From positions 185,814,001 to 185,878,000 of the forward strand of contig NC_042998.1 in the NCBI RefSeq assembly GCF_006345805.1: a DNA stretch of 64,000 nucleotides, given 5' to 3'. Below, in pieces: positions 25,501 through 37,950 of this stretch. The notes below the pieces were generated by a model. That model was not told the DNA's origin, did not search any database, and was given only the letters and a program-made list of their open reading frames with translations. The stretch's first letter is position 1. The number at the start of each line of letters is the position of its first letter. The DNA comes from Octopus sinensis. Lineage: Eukaryota. Made by a program: the position numbers and the translations under genes.

Positions 25501-26763
25501 TGTGTGTGAATGTGTGAGTTTGTAAATGTGTGTGTGTGTGTGCATGTGTGTGTGTGTGTATACATGTTTATATGTATTGTGTACATGAATATCAAATAGA
25601 TGGTTGAATGAAGTGAAAGTATAAAGATGAGACAGAAGCATGGGAAAAGCAAGCGAGTGGATGAGTGGGGGAGAAAAGACAGAACTGTAGTAGTAGTAGG
25701 AGTATGAGGAGGAGGAGGAGGAGGTGTATGAGGATGATGATGATGAGGATGATGAGGAGGAGGAGAAGGAGGGGGATGATGATGTGGATGATGATGAGGA
25801 GGATGAGGATGAGGAGGGGAGGTTGCAAATCTACAGAAAGAAGGGAGGTTAGCAGAGTAGATTTATTCACTTATTAATTAGCAGGTAGTTTTCATTTTAA
25901 GCAGTCATTTTAAGATCGTCAAAGATAATTGAAACAGATTTTTTTCAGATAAAGGGAAAGGGCAGGGGGGAAAGAATGTATTCTCTCTTTTAATGGTAAT
26001 TCAGACAATACGGTAGGGAGTTACGTCATAACCCTGCCGTAGTCAGGGGACGACTTCAGTCTCCAGCTTATAAGATTTTTGTAACTGCTTTGCTTCTCAA
26101 AGGAATAATTCAAATAAATGCACGCTTAAGTTAAGTGATGAAATAGATATATTAAGAAAGTAATGGAAAGATGGAAGATAGAAAGATAACGATTAAGACT
26201 TAGCAGTTAATACGGTGTGATGACAGCTAGTTTGAAGAGGGTGTATGTGCGACTACACGTAAGAGTATTCGAGTGTGTCTGCGTGTGTGCTTGTAAATGT
26301 GGGCGACAATTGAGAGTATTAATATAATTAAGTTACCAGGTGAGTATATGTGCATTGGCACTTGCGCAAAGAAGCACACGAGCACAGATGGGCGCCTGTG
26401 TGTTTGTGTGAAAGCTTATATATATATATATATATCTTTTATTAAACTTTTAATACTTTTGATATATATTTAAAATAATATAAATTAATTAATTTTATGT
26501 ATTGGCTTAAGTTTTTCATTGTTTGATTTGCCTAATAGTGGTTTTTTCTCTAATATAATATAATATAATATATATATATACATATATATATATATTGGTA
26601 AAAACGGTAAGATAACAAAAGAAAGAAAGAGACCTCAATATTATGTAAATAGAGGAAATTTATCTGTAAATTGATATGTTACCATTATACAATAGTCAGG
26701 ATAAAACTCTGAGTTTCAGATGCCGAAGTGGAAATCCACAACACCGGTTATCTAGACATCTGG

Positions 26764-26805
<42 letters not shown>

Positions 26806-26806
26806 G

Positions 26807-26849
<43 letters not shown>

Positions 26850-27779
26850 GTATTATGTATGTATGTATGTATATGTATATGTATGTATGTATGTATGTAT
26901 GTATGAATGTATGTGTGTATGTATGTATGTGTGTATCTTTGTCGTTCCCCTAATCGTATTCAGTCTAACAAATCCCACATGTACGTACAGCATTGCATGT
27001 GAGCACACTTAGACACGTACAACGACACACATCTGCTTCTCACTTGCATCCTCCACGCCAATGCAGCAGACACTCCAGGGGCGTGTGATGATGAGCCTGA
27101 TGAAAAAGATATGATGAGACTGCTGATAAAGGGGAAAAAAAAAGAAAAAAAAAAGGCTCGAAATTTTACGAGAAAAGAAAATGCACGAGGGCAAAAAAAC
27201 CCCCCCAAAAAAACTAAAAAAAAAATAAATAAAAAAGAGCAAACTCGTAAACTGCAAAATTAAAAAAAAAAAAATGAAAATGAAAATAAAACAAATAAAT
27301 CATAATAAAAATACAAAATTAAAAAATAAATGAAATAAAAACATTAAAAATTCAATAAGTTTCTACGCTACTCCCAACCACGGCCCAGAAATCATGTATT
27401 CATTCATTCTTCATTCATTCATTCATTCTTCTTATCACCGAAATAGCTGTAATGGAGGCGGTGGGTGATTTTCGGGTTAAATGGAGAGCAATATAACCAT
27501 GAATCATTCAGAACAAAGCTTTAGAATATATTGCTTCACGTACTTTGAATCCATGTTATATTTCAGAGGCAGAGCAAGATTTCGCTTAAGAGAATATTTC
27601 ACAATGTTCTGAGGAGACCCTTTTTTTTTTTTGTTTCTTGATTATTGTTTTTTATTTATTTATTTGTTATGTTTTTGTAAAGTTCCCGCTGTTGCTTACT
27701 ATATATTTATGGTCTAACTTTACATTTATAATATGTTTGTAATTATATCTCTTTATAAGAGCAGCATGTGAGAAAGGAG

Positions 27780-28720
<941 letters not shown>

Positions 28721-28729
28721 ATATACATA

Positions 28730-28991
28730 TAACAGGCTTCCGCTCAGTTTCCGGTTTGTAAATTTCACCAACAAGTTATTGATCTACGCATGGTGACAAC
28801 AGAAGACACTTACCCAAGAGACTGCGCAATTAGATTGAAACCAGAACTATGAATCACGTCGTTCTCAACCAGATGGCTATGGCTGCCCCCAAGGTTACAA
28901 CGGAAGACACTGACCAAGAGGATGCGCAATTAGATTGAAACCAAAGCTACGAACCACGTGGTTCTCAACCAGATGGCTATAGTTGCCCCTA
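28730..28991 (-). mobile_element. Degenerate SINE-B 5' part with ~100-bp tandem duplication of the head
   Basis: Units 28792-28891 and 28893-28991 (gaagacact...gttctcaaccagatggctat). Confidence 0.65.
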
Positions 28992-29183
28992 TGTCATAAT
29001 CCAAAATACATATATATTTTTTAATAATGCATTATTATTAATATTAGGAAATCAATATCAAAACTCCTCAGAAAGATATATACGTGTGAAAAATAATTGT
29101 TGCATTAAAAATATATGAATAAATAAATATAAATATGTATAAGTATAACTATATTTTAAAAGTTTTGAATTAATTATTTAAAG

Positions 29184-29275
29184 CATCTTACGATCGTTTC
29201 ACAGAAGAGTTGTCCCTATAATGATATCCTATATTGATAAGCATTTATAGACAATCCTTCTGCTCTTCAGAGATA
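29184..29275 (-). ncRNA. Type I hammerhead ribozyme motif, intact core
   Basis: Minus strand: tatct CTGAAGA gcagaag...cttctgt GAA ACGATCGT A agatg. Stem I tatct/agatg, stem II gcagaag/cttctgt, palindromic stem III, GUA cleavage triplet. Confidence 0.75.
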
Positions 29276-29723
29276 TAAAATTTGAATTCTGTATAACATA
29301 TCGAATGATACTTTTTTTTTTTAAATTTGAAGTAAAACTATAAAATGGTGCTTGTTTGAAAGATAAAATAAAAATAAAAAATTACTACTTTTGATGTGAG
29401 TCTTTAAATCCATATATACTTCCTTGGTTATAATCCAAAATACTTAGATTCACACTAATCATTATGTGACTGCGTATAAATCTTTCGACAGCAATCTCGT
29501 AGTTGAACTTAACGTTTGAGGAAATGAATGCAGCATCTTATTACTATAAAATGAGCAATGGAATGCTTGAAAAGCTGTGTGAATAGGGTGAACGTGGGTG
29601 GATATTGGAACCAACATTGTATTGTTATTTGTTCCTTTGTAACATAGCCAACAATCTTGCAGGTGAAACCGAAACAATATCAGTTGATGATATGGGAATA
29701 CTATACAAATGGAATACTCTATA

Positions 29724-29885
29724 GGCACAGTAGTGGCTGTGTGGTAAGTAGCTTGCTTACAACCACGTGGTTCTGGGTTCAGTCCCACTGCGTGGCACCT
29801 TGGGCAAGTGTCTTCTACTAAAGCCTCGGGCCGACCAAAGCCTTGTGAGTGGATTTGGTAGACGGAAACTGAAAGAAACACGTCG

Positions 29886-29919
<34 letters not shown>

Positions 29920-30138
29920 CTTATGTTTGTGTGTCTTTGTTTGTCCCCCCAACATTGCTTGACAACCGATGCTGGTGTGTTTACGTCTCCGTAACTTAGC
30001 GGTTCGGCAAAAGAGACCGATAGAATAAGTACTAGGCTTACAAAGAACAAGTACTTGGGTTGATTTGCTCGACTAAAGGCGGTGCTTCAGCATGGCCGCA
30101 GTCAAATGACTGAAATAAGTGAAAGAGTGAAAAAAGAG
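29724..30138 (+). mobile_element. SINE-B, near full length
   Basis: ggcacagtagtggctgtgtggtaag head, gggttcagtccc B-box region, tail gcggtgcttcagcatggccgcagtcaaatgactgaaa. Confidence 0.92.
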
Positions 30139-30522
30139 GTGTTTCTTTTTTTCTTATTATTGTATATCTACTATCATTTTTTTTACAAAGCTGGAGTAGC
30201 TATAGCTACTGCTAGCGTCTTCGAATGTAAAAATAAAAATACGAAAGCATATAATTTATGCATTAGATAATTTATTTGAAATCCATGTAAAGATTTTGAA
30301 ATATCTACAACGCTAAGAAACTACTTAAATTTCTCTATGAGAGAGAGAGAGGGGGGAGAGAGGGAGAGAGAGAGGGGGGGTAACAAATATTGAATCCTAA
30401 TAGTAGGATATTTTATTCTAAACCGAAAGTATTTTCTCTAAAGAATGAGTATTTCAGGTATTGGCGTTCGTAGATGTTTATCACAGAATGAATATTATTC
30501 AAACTTACGATAATAGTTTGTT

Positions 30523-31301
30523 ATTTCTTTATTGCCCACAAGGGGCTAAACATAGAGGGGACAAACAAGGACAAAGGGATTAAATCGATTACATCGACCC
30601 CAGTGCTTAACTGGTACTTAATTTATCGATCCCGAAAGGATGAAAGGCAAAGTCGACCTCGGTGGAATTTGAACTCAGAACGTAACGGCAGACGAAAACC
30701 TACTTCTTTACTACCCACAAGGGGCTAAACACAGAGGGGACAAACAAGGACAGGCAAATGGATTAGGGCGATTATATCGACCCCAGTGCGTAACTGGTAC
30801 TTAATTTATCGACCCCGAAAGGATGAAAGGCAAAGTCGACCTCGGTGGAATTTGAACTCAAAACGTAACAGCAGACGAAATACCTATTTCTTTACTACCC
30901 ACAAGGGGCTAAACGCAGAGGGGACAAACAAGGACAGACAAACGGATTAAATCGATTATATCGACCCCAGTGTGTAACTGGTACTTAATTTATCGACTCC
31001 GAAAGGATGAAAGGCAAAGTTGACCTCGGTGGAATTTGAATTCAGAACGTAACGGCAGACGAAATACCTATTTCTTTACTACCCACAAGGGGCTAAACAC
31101 AGAGAGGACAAACCAGGACAGACAAACGGATTAAGTTGATTATATCGACCCCAGTGCGTAACTGGTACTTATTTAATCGACCCCGAAAGGATGAAAGGCA
31201 AAGTCGACCTCGCCGGAATTTGAACTCAGAACGTAACGGCAGACGAAATACCGCTAAGCATTTCGCCCGGCGTGCTAACGTTTCTGCCAGCTCGCCGCCT
31301 T
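30523..31301 (-). mobile_element. SINE-A tetramer (one head, four body-tail units, 184-bp period) within an 18-bp TSD
   Basis: TSD ttacgataatagtttgtt at 30505-30522 and 31302-31319; junctions at ~30701, 30885 and 31069. Confidence 0.95.
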
Positions 31302-32206
31302 TTACGATAATAGTTTGTTCAATTTTCCCAACAGTGAAATGGTCGCTTACAATCTATTCCACTGCATTAGAAATGCTGACGATGGGTACAGTCAGCAAAA
31401 TCAGAGGCATTTTCTTTCTTGTGGCACGCAATAAATTGTTTTATACACCCATATCTCAGACAAAAAAAAAATCCAACGAATTGATGTTAAAACTTTGATG
31501 AAAATAAACACTAGCTTTGAAGCATATTGTCTGGATCGAAGTTTCTATCATACATTTAGCGGGTGTGATCGTGTGATTGCATTGAGAGTGGGTCACAATA
31601 GACAGAAAGATGTTTGTCATGTATTTTGAGAGGAGTTGTGGAAAAGGGAAGCGAATGTGTCTTCGTTTAAAGGAATGCTACTGATTATAGAACCGACTGA
31701 ATTGTTAGAGAATTATGTCAAGACGAACATCACTAAGCCTTAAATAGCCAATAAGTATAATGATATCCTATTAATTATGAGTTCTGATGACACATTATTT
31801 AGAAGAGTGAAATCTTAAAGAAGCATACGGAGATTAATGATATTTCCTTCCATAACTATAAAACAAAAACATCTTAACAGAGACTTAAAGAGAGACGAAT
31901 TAATGTGTGTGTATATATGTATAAACAGAATAAGCAGTGTATTTGGCCTCTACCAGTGACCGCTACATTACACTACTCTTTCCCAATCTTAAGAGAGAAA
32001 AAAGAAATCAAGTATATTATAAATAAATGAAAAAAAAAATTAAGATCCCGAAGTACGACGGGAAAAGTAGGTTTTGCACTTTATGTGAATAGTACAACAT
32101 AATTTGTAGGTACCTAGAACTCGGGGAGTGATATAATCGTCAAATTTATGTCGTTTCATACAACATTGAACAATGCTAAGGTATGATGCAAGTGTCGAAA
32201 ATATAT

Positions 32207-32424
32207 ACCTATTTCTTTATTATCCACAAGGAGCTAAACACAGAGAGGAAAAACAAGGACAGAAAAACGGATTAAGTCGATTATATCGACCCCAGTGCGT
32301 AACTGGTACTTATTTAATCGACCCCGAAAGGATGAAAGGCAAAGTCGACCTCGGCGGAATTTGAACTCAGAACGTAACGGCAGACGAAATACGGCTACGC
32401 ATTTCGCCCGGCGTGCTAACGTTC
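32207..32424 (-). mobile_element. SINE-A monomer with Tx1-like tail, extreme 5' end missing
   Basis: Body and tail match the other copies; no TSD resolved. Confidence 0.88.
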
Positions 32425-32671
32425 ACACTTTTCAATCCAGATGAAATACCCTCAGCCAAACTACAACAAATGCAAAAACTACACACGCGAAATTGCTGTG
32501 TTTAGACGAAAATATATCAAATATATAATTTTCGAAGTTAGCAACTCAGTTATCCAATTAGCTATCCAGACCTTGGCTGAATATTCCTCAAAATAAGTGA
32601 AAAGGAGGCACTGACTGGCAACTGGTACATAATCTACAATTTCAAATTTACATTTTTACATATAAATATGT

Positions 32672-32960
32672 GGAGGCGCAATGGCCAAGTGGTTAGGGCA
32701 GCGGACTCGCGGTCGTAGTATCGCGGTTTTGATTCCCAGACCGGGCGTTGTGAGTGTTTATTGAGCGAAAACACCAAAAAGCTCCACGAGGCTCCGGCAG
32801 GGATGGTGGTGATCCCTGCTGTACTCTTTCACCACTCTTTCTCCCACTCTTTCTTCTGTTGGCCTGCTCGCTTAGCCAGCGGGGTGGCGTCATTCGAAGG
32901 CTAAAACAATGCGAACGCATTGTGACCAGCGATGTGTAACTACATCTGATGGACTGGTCG
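32672..32960 (+). mobile_element. SINE-C (tRNA head ggaggcgcaatggcc...ggttaggg)
   Basis: A-box region tggccaagtggttagg, B-box region ggttttgattccc; homologous to 50372-50630 and 50763-51040. Confidence 0.9.
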
Positions 32961-33243
32961 GAAAAACAAAAGAAAAAAAACCATATAAATATTTGTACAT
33001 TTGGTGTTGTATTTATAAACAAAATCAAAAACAAACATACACTTAATGCATGTTTCTGCCAATCTACACAGTAAACTGAACAGAAAAAAGCAAAACTATT
33101 TAGAGCTTAACTTTAAACAATTCTTGGCTAAACTTTAATTTGATATCTTTGTTTCTAAGGTGCAGACCAATCCCTTTATTGGAGACATTTGAATAGAAGA
33201 AAAAGAGAACACACACACAAAGAAACACAGCTACATACATATA

Positions 33244-33292
<49 letters not shown>

Positions 33293-33421
33293 TATATATA
33301 TGTATGTATGTATTGATGCAATAACGCATACATAGAATTATACATGCAGACGTTCAGCCATACATACGTATGTATGCCGTGGGTTAACCAGTCAATTTGC
33401 GTTCCAATGAATGCTTCTCTC

Positions 33422-33500
<79 letters not shown>

Positions 33501-35231
33501 GAACGCAAAATCACAAAATAATTGACATTCAACCAAACTCGACAAGGTCACAGGCCACCTTTTTTATATTGTCATTCTCAAAACCTCGTTTACCAAAGAT
33601 TGCAACAGTATGCGAATGAAATAATGCCATCGTCTAAATATATTTACACAAGAAACAATTCTAGCGTATTTTGTTGATGAATCAGGATCTATACTATTTC
33701 AGTAGAAAGGCCAAAATAAGATCTCCCAAAAGGTTATATGACAATGATGACGAATTACAATGGTATAAAATTTCTGCGATGTATTTTCGGCTGGTACCAC
33801 CAACAAGTAACTTTCAAATATAACAAGTGTAAGTTGACCTGGTAATTAGAACTAATCTGCAGAGATGTGTAAGAAACATCAGAAGCAACATGACAAAATA
33901 TCATTCTAAACACAGAACACAATGGAAACACGAACCATGACAACATCATCACAGTCTCGATTACTAACTCATCATTGTGTGTGCATGTTTATTAATGCCT
34001 TCAGTTAAGAGTGTATGTTTGTTTGTTTGTTTGTGTGTATGAGTGACTGGAGGTTATGTGCATGTATGTATTTTCTGTCATTCAATCTGTCGGCTGCTTT
34101 TCAAAACTATTATGTTTCGTATTGATCACTGAACTTGTTACTAAATTTGAAGTAAATGACTTAGTTGATTAAGTTAACTACTTGTTTTTTTAAATGTCAA
34201 TTCTTTCGGTTTAGACGTCTAGTGAAGAGTAAGGGCAGGTGTCACACCTAACTCTCTAGATTCCAGGATATAGATTTCACGTATTAATCTTTATTTCATG
34301 AACTTGGGATCACTGAAAAGACTAAACTTCGACACTTCAACGAAAAGGGCAAATCCGAAAATCATAAATGTGAAGGCGCGTGGTTTAATTGGTTTGGGGA
34401 TATTGGACTCAATATCGTGGTTTCGATTCACAGACCGAGTAGAGCGTTGAGTTCTTGAGTAAAACACTTCGTTTTATGATGCTGCAGTCCACTCAGTTGG
34501 AGATGAGTACCTGCAACAGCTGGATGTTAACCTTCCGACAATTTTGAGTTCTGTTCAGGGGATGGCTATTGTACTCTTATTCACTTATACGCTATGGGAA
34601 ACGGGATAAGATAAACTTTGGCTCGCCGTTACATTTATGGCACGGTAGGAGCAAGTAGAAAGCACCGATGTAGCCGGGAACGACATGTGTTCGAGTTTCT
34701 GTGCGGATATGAAAGTCTTAATGACACTGAAGACAAATGAGCCATTCCATTGTCATACCTCTTCGTGGGGTTAGAAAGAAAAGAAAAGAGTTTGACGATA
34801 TATAACAGAATGCCAAGATATGACGCGCGTGGGAACGAGAGTCGTTTGGAGGCTTTCTATTCAGAAGTCGAAAGACAAGAAATGAGCAGAAGAAATTGCA
34901 ACAATAATAACTGGTAACAGTTATTACTGTCTTGGGAAAGGCTGCTTTTCTCAGGGCAGCACCGGCTGCGGCTCTGGAGTTGGTAGAAGAGATCATCGAA
35001 TCCTCAAGCCAAAAAAGCTGACGGAAACGAAGCTTACTAGAAAGCTGAACAAGAAGACACTGATCAAGAAGTCAAGGGCTCTTCTTTTAGTAGTACCACC
35101 TCATGATATTGCAAAGATGAAGATTTTCTTCGGTATTTCATCCTGTAAGTTCGAGTTTGGCCGAGGTTAACTTTGCCTATCGAAAAAGTAAAGTACCATT
35201 CAAGCACAGGGTCAAAGTAATTGACTAACCT

Positions 35232-36106
35232 ATTTCTTTACTACCCACAAGGGGCTAAACACAGAGAGGACAAACAAGGACAGACAAACGGATTAAGTCG
35301 ATTATATCGACCCCAGTGCGAAACTGGTACTTATTTAATCGACCCCGAAAGGATGAAAGGCAAAGTCGGCCTCGGCGGAATTTGAACTCAGAACGTAGCG
35401 GCAGACGAAATACTGCTAAGCATTTCGCCCGGCTTGCTAACGATTCTGCCAGCTCGCCGCTTTAATTGCCAGGTCGCCGCCTTATTTGCCAGTTCACCGC
35501 CTTTCTGCCAGCTCACCGCCTTATTTGCCGGCTCGCCGCCTTTCTGCCAGCTCGCCGCCTTTCTGCCAGCTCGTCGCCTTATTTGCCAGCTCGCCGCCTT
35601 ATTTGCCAGCTCGCCGCCTTATTTGCCAGTTCGCCACCTTTCTGCCAGCTCGCCGCCTTATTTGCCAGCTCGCCGCCTTTCTGCCAGTTCACCGCCTTAT
35701 TTGTCAACTCGCCGCCTTTCTGCCAGTTCGCCGCCTTATTTGCCAGCTCGCCGCCTTTCTGCCAGCTCGCCGCCTTTCTGCAAGCTCGCCGCCTTTCTGC
35801 CAGCTCGCCGCCTTATTTGCCAGCTCGCCGCCTTATTTGCCAGTTCGCCACCTTTCTGCCAGCTCGCCGCCTTATTTGCCAGCTCGCCGCCTTTCTGCCA
35901 GTTCACCGCCTTATTTTTCAACTCGCCGCCTTTCTGCCAGTTCGCCGCCTTATTTGCCAGCTCGCCGCCTTATTTGCCAGCTCGCCGCCTTTCTGCCAGC
36001 TCGCCGCCTTTCTGCCAGCTCGCCGCCTTTCTGCCAGCTCGCCGCCTTTCTGCCAGCTCGCCGCCTTTCTGCCAGCTCGCCGCCTTTCTGCCAGCTCGCC
36101 ACCTTA
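35232..36106 (-). mobile_element. SINE-A monomer plus 5'-end-derived minisatellite, all within a 14-bp TSD
   Basis: TSD taattgactaacct at 35218-35231 and 36107-36120; inserted antisense into an older SINE-A (about 35130-36170). Confidence 0.93.
35446..36105. repeat. 15-16-bp minisatellite gccagctcgccgcct(ttct/tattt), about 40 copies
   Basis: The unit equals the first ~16 nt of SINE-A (reverse complement); 214-bp higher-order duplication (35629/35843, 35704/35918). The ORFs at 35434-36117 are artefacts of this repeat. Confidence 0.95.
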
Positions 36107-37432
36107 TAATTGACTAACCTGCCTCCCCACAAAATTTCCGATCTTGTCTTTAAATTAGAAACAATCATTACCGTTATCTTTCTACCTAAATTTTCAGTTA
36201 TAGCATTGTTGGTGTTGGAAGCATGTTGTTTTTCTTCAGTTGAAGATTTTTTTTAATGAAGGGTATGTATAAAGTAGGCAAGTAGATCAACAGTCTGCGG
36301 TTTTAGGAGTAAAGATGTTATTGTTGTTGTTCAGCCCAGGTTAGCTCTGATGAAATAGACCTATGATCAAAAGCGTTGTAGCTGTGACCATCTTTCTTTT
36401 TAGGGGTATCTCTAGGACTACATTATCTAATATGTCTCAGTATAAGATTGTGGGAGGTTTTGGATGACCACCGAATATTCTTGTAGGTGTATAATATTTT
36501 TGTCAGAGGTTTTATACATTTTCCGAGTACTTTCCAGTCGTTCGTACTGTGCACTGTCTGGACCATCTCTCAGGTTGCTCTTTCTTCCCCGGATTGCTCA
36601 CATGTTGCGATAGTCTTTTCCCTATTCTTCTAACAGCGATCCGTCTAATGCCCTTACTATCCCGGAAAATGTTCTGTTCCTCTTGCTGTTGACATTGCAT
36701 ATGTTTCTAGTTTGTCTTTACCTAGTTTTTTTAAAAAAAAATTATAGAAAATTGTTTGCCGTTTGTGATGAAGTTATAGATTTATTGAAGGAAGGCTTGT
36801 CTCTAATCAATAGCCATGGATTATACGAGATTTAGCAAGGAAAAGCCTGCTTTGATTTCAGATACTTATTTTTATAGTATTTACTACTTTTCTTTATTTT
36901 TTTGTATATGTGTTTTTATGTTGTCAATCTCATTAAAAATTGTGATAATATATATTTTCTATCTCCCTGCAGGGTTGTTTTTCTATGTTGTTTTCTTTAG
37001 TTTAGAAGTTATGATAAGTTTTAAAGAAGAACCCATATTATCCGTAACTACTGCATTTATTGCAGATGTTTTCGCTATATACATAGAGAACTAGTTTGCA
37101 TTTTTGTTGCTATTTTTGTTGTTTTAGTTGTTATTTTGGAGATAAGTATATTTTGGGTGGGTTTTTCTTTGATCCTTCAGATTATCTGCTTTCGATTTTA
37201 ATTTTCACTTTTAGATTAATATCAAGTTTCCAGCTTTAGATAATTTTTACTCTGAAATCGTTCAACTATTCAGTTGCCCCGTTTCGACTTTTTTTTTCTT
37301 TTTATTATTTTGTATGACCGCTGAGATTTGATTTTGTATTTTTTGCTATTTTTGTTTGTATTTCTTGCGCTAAGTCATTTTCCCGGTTTTATGCTTTTCT
37401 TAAATGTGTTTAGCTTTCATTTTGTTCGTACC

Positions 37433-37436
<4 letters not shown>

Positions 37437-37480
<44 letters not shown>

Positions 37481-37482
37481 TG

Positions 37483-37562
<80 letters not shown>

Positions 37563-37629
37563 ATTATATATATATTATATGTGTGTATATTATATATATA
37601 ATATATATATAATATATATATATATAATA

Positions 37630-37665
<36 letters not shown>

Positions 37666-37950
37666 TGTATGTATGCATAATATATATACACAGAGAGGGA
37701 GAGAGAGAGAAAGAGAGAGATGCCTTATTACGTGCATGCGTGCATATCTACATACATACATACATACATACATACATACATACATAAATGCATGCATACA
37801 TACATACATACATGCATACATACATGCATACATACATACATACATACACGCATACATACATACATACATGCATACATACATACATACATACATACATACA
37901 TACATACATACATACATACATACATACATACATACGTGCATGCATACATA
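37437..37950. repeat. (TA)n / (TATG)n / (CATA)n microsatellites
   Basis: Direct reading. Confidence 0.95.

Noticed and set aside
26590-26765. Possible Penelope terminal repeat with hammerhead
   Set aside because: Only the GAAAC side is present on the minus strand; no CUGANGA.
27003-27270. Lys-rich open frame
   Set aside because: Driven by poly-A runs; no start or credible splice sites.
29724-29800. tRNA genes at SINE heads
   Set aside because: Only A- and B-box-like motifs are present; they continue into SINE bodies and I could not fold a complete cloverleaf.
30523-31301. CRISPR-like or retrozyme reading of the SINE arrays
   Set aside because: There are no unique spacers, and I found no CUGANGA/GAAA hammerhead core on either strand of the 184-bp unit.
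35434-36117. Three overlapping 207-227 aa ORFs
   Set aside because: Translations of the 15-16-bp minisatellite.
36480-37400. Decayed LINE or GIY-YIG coding sequence
   Set aside because: Strand-biased composition, but no motif I could confirm.
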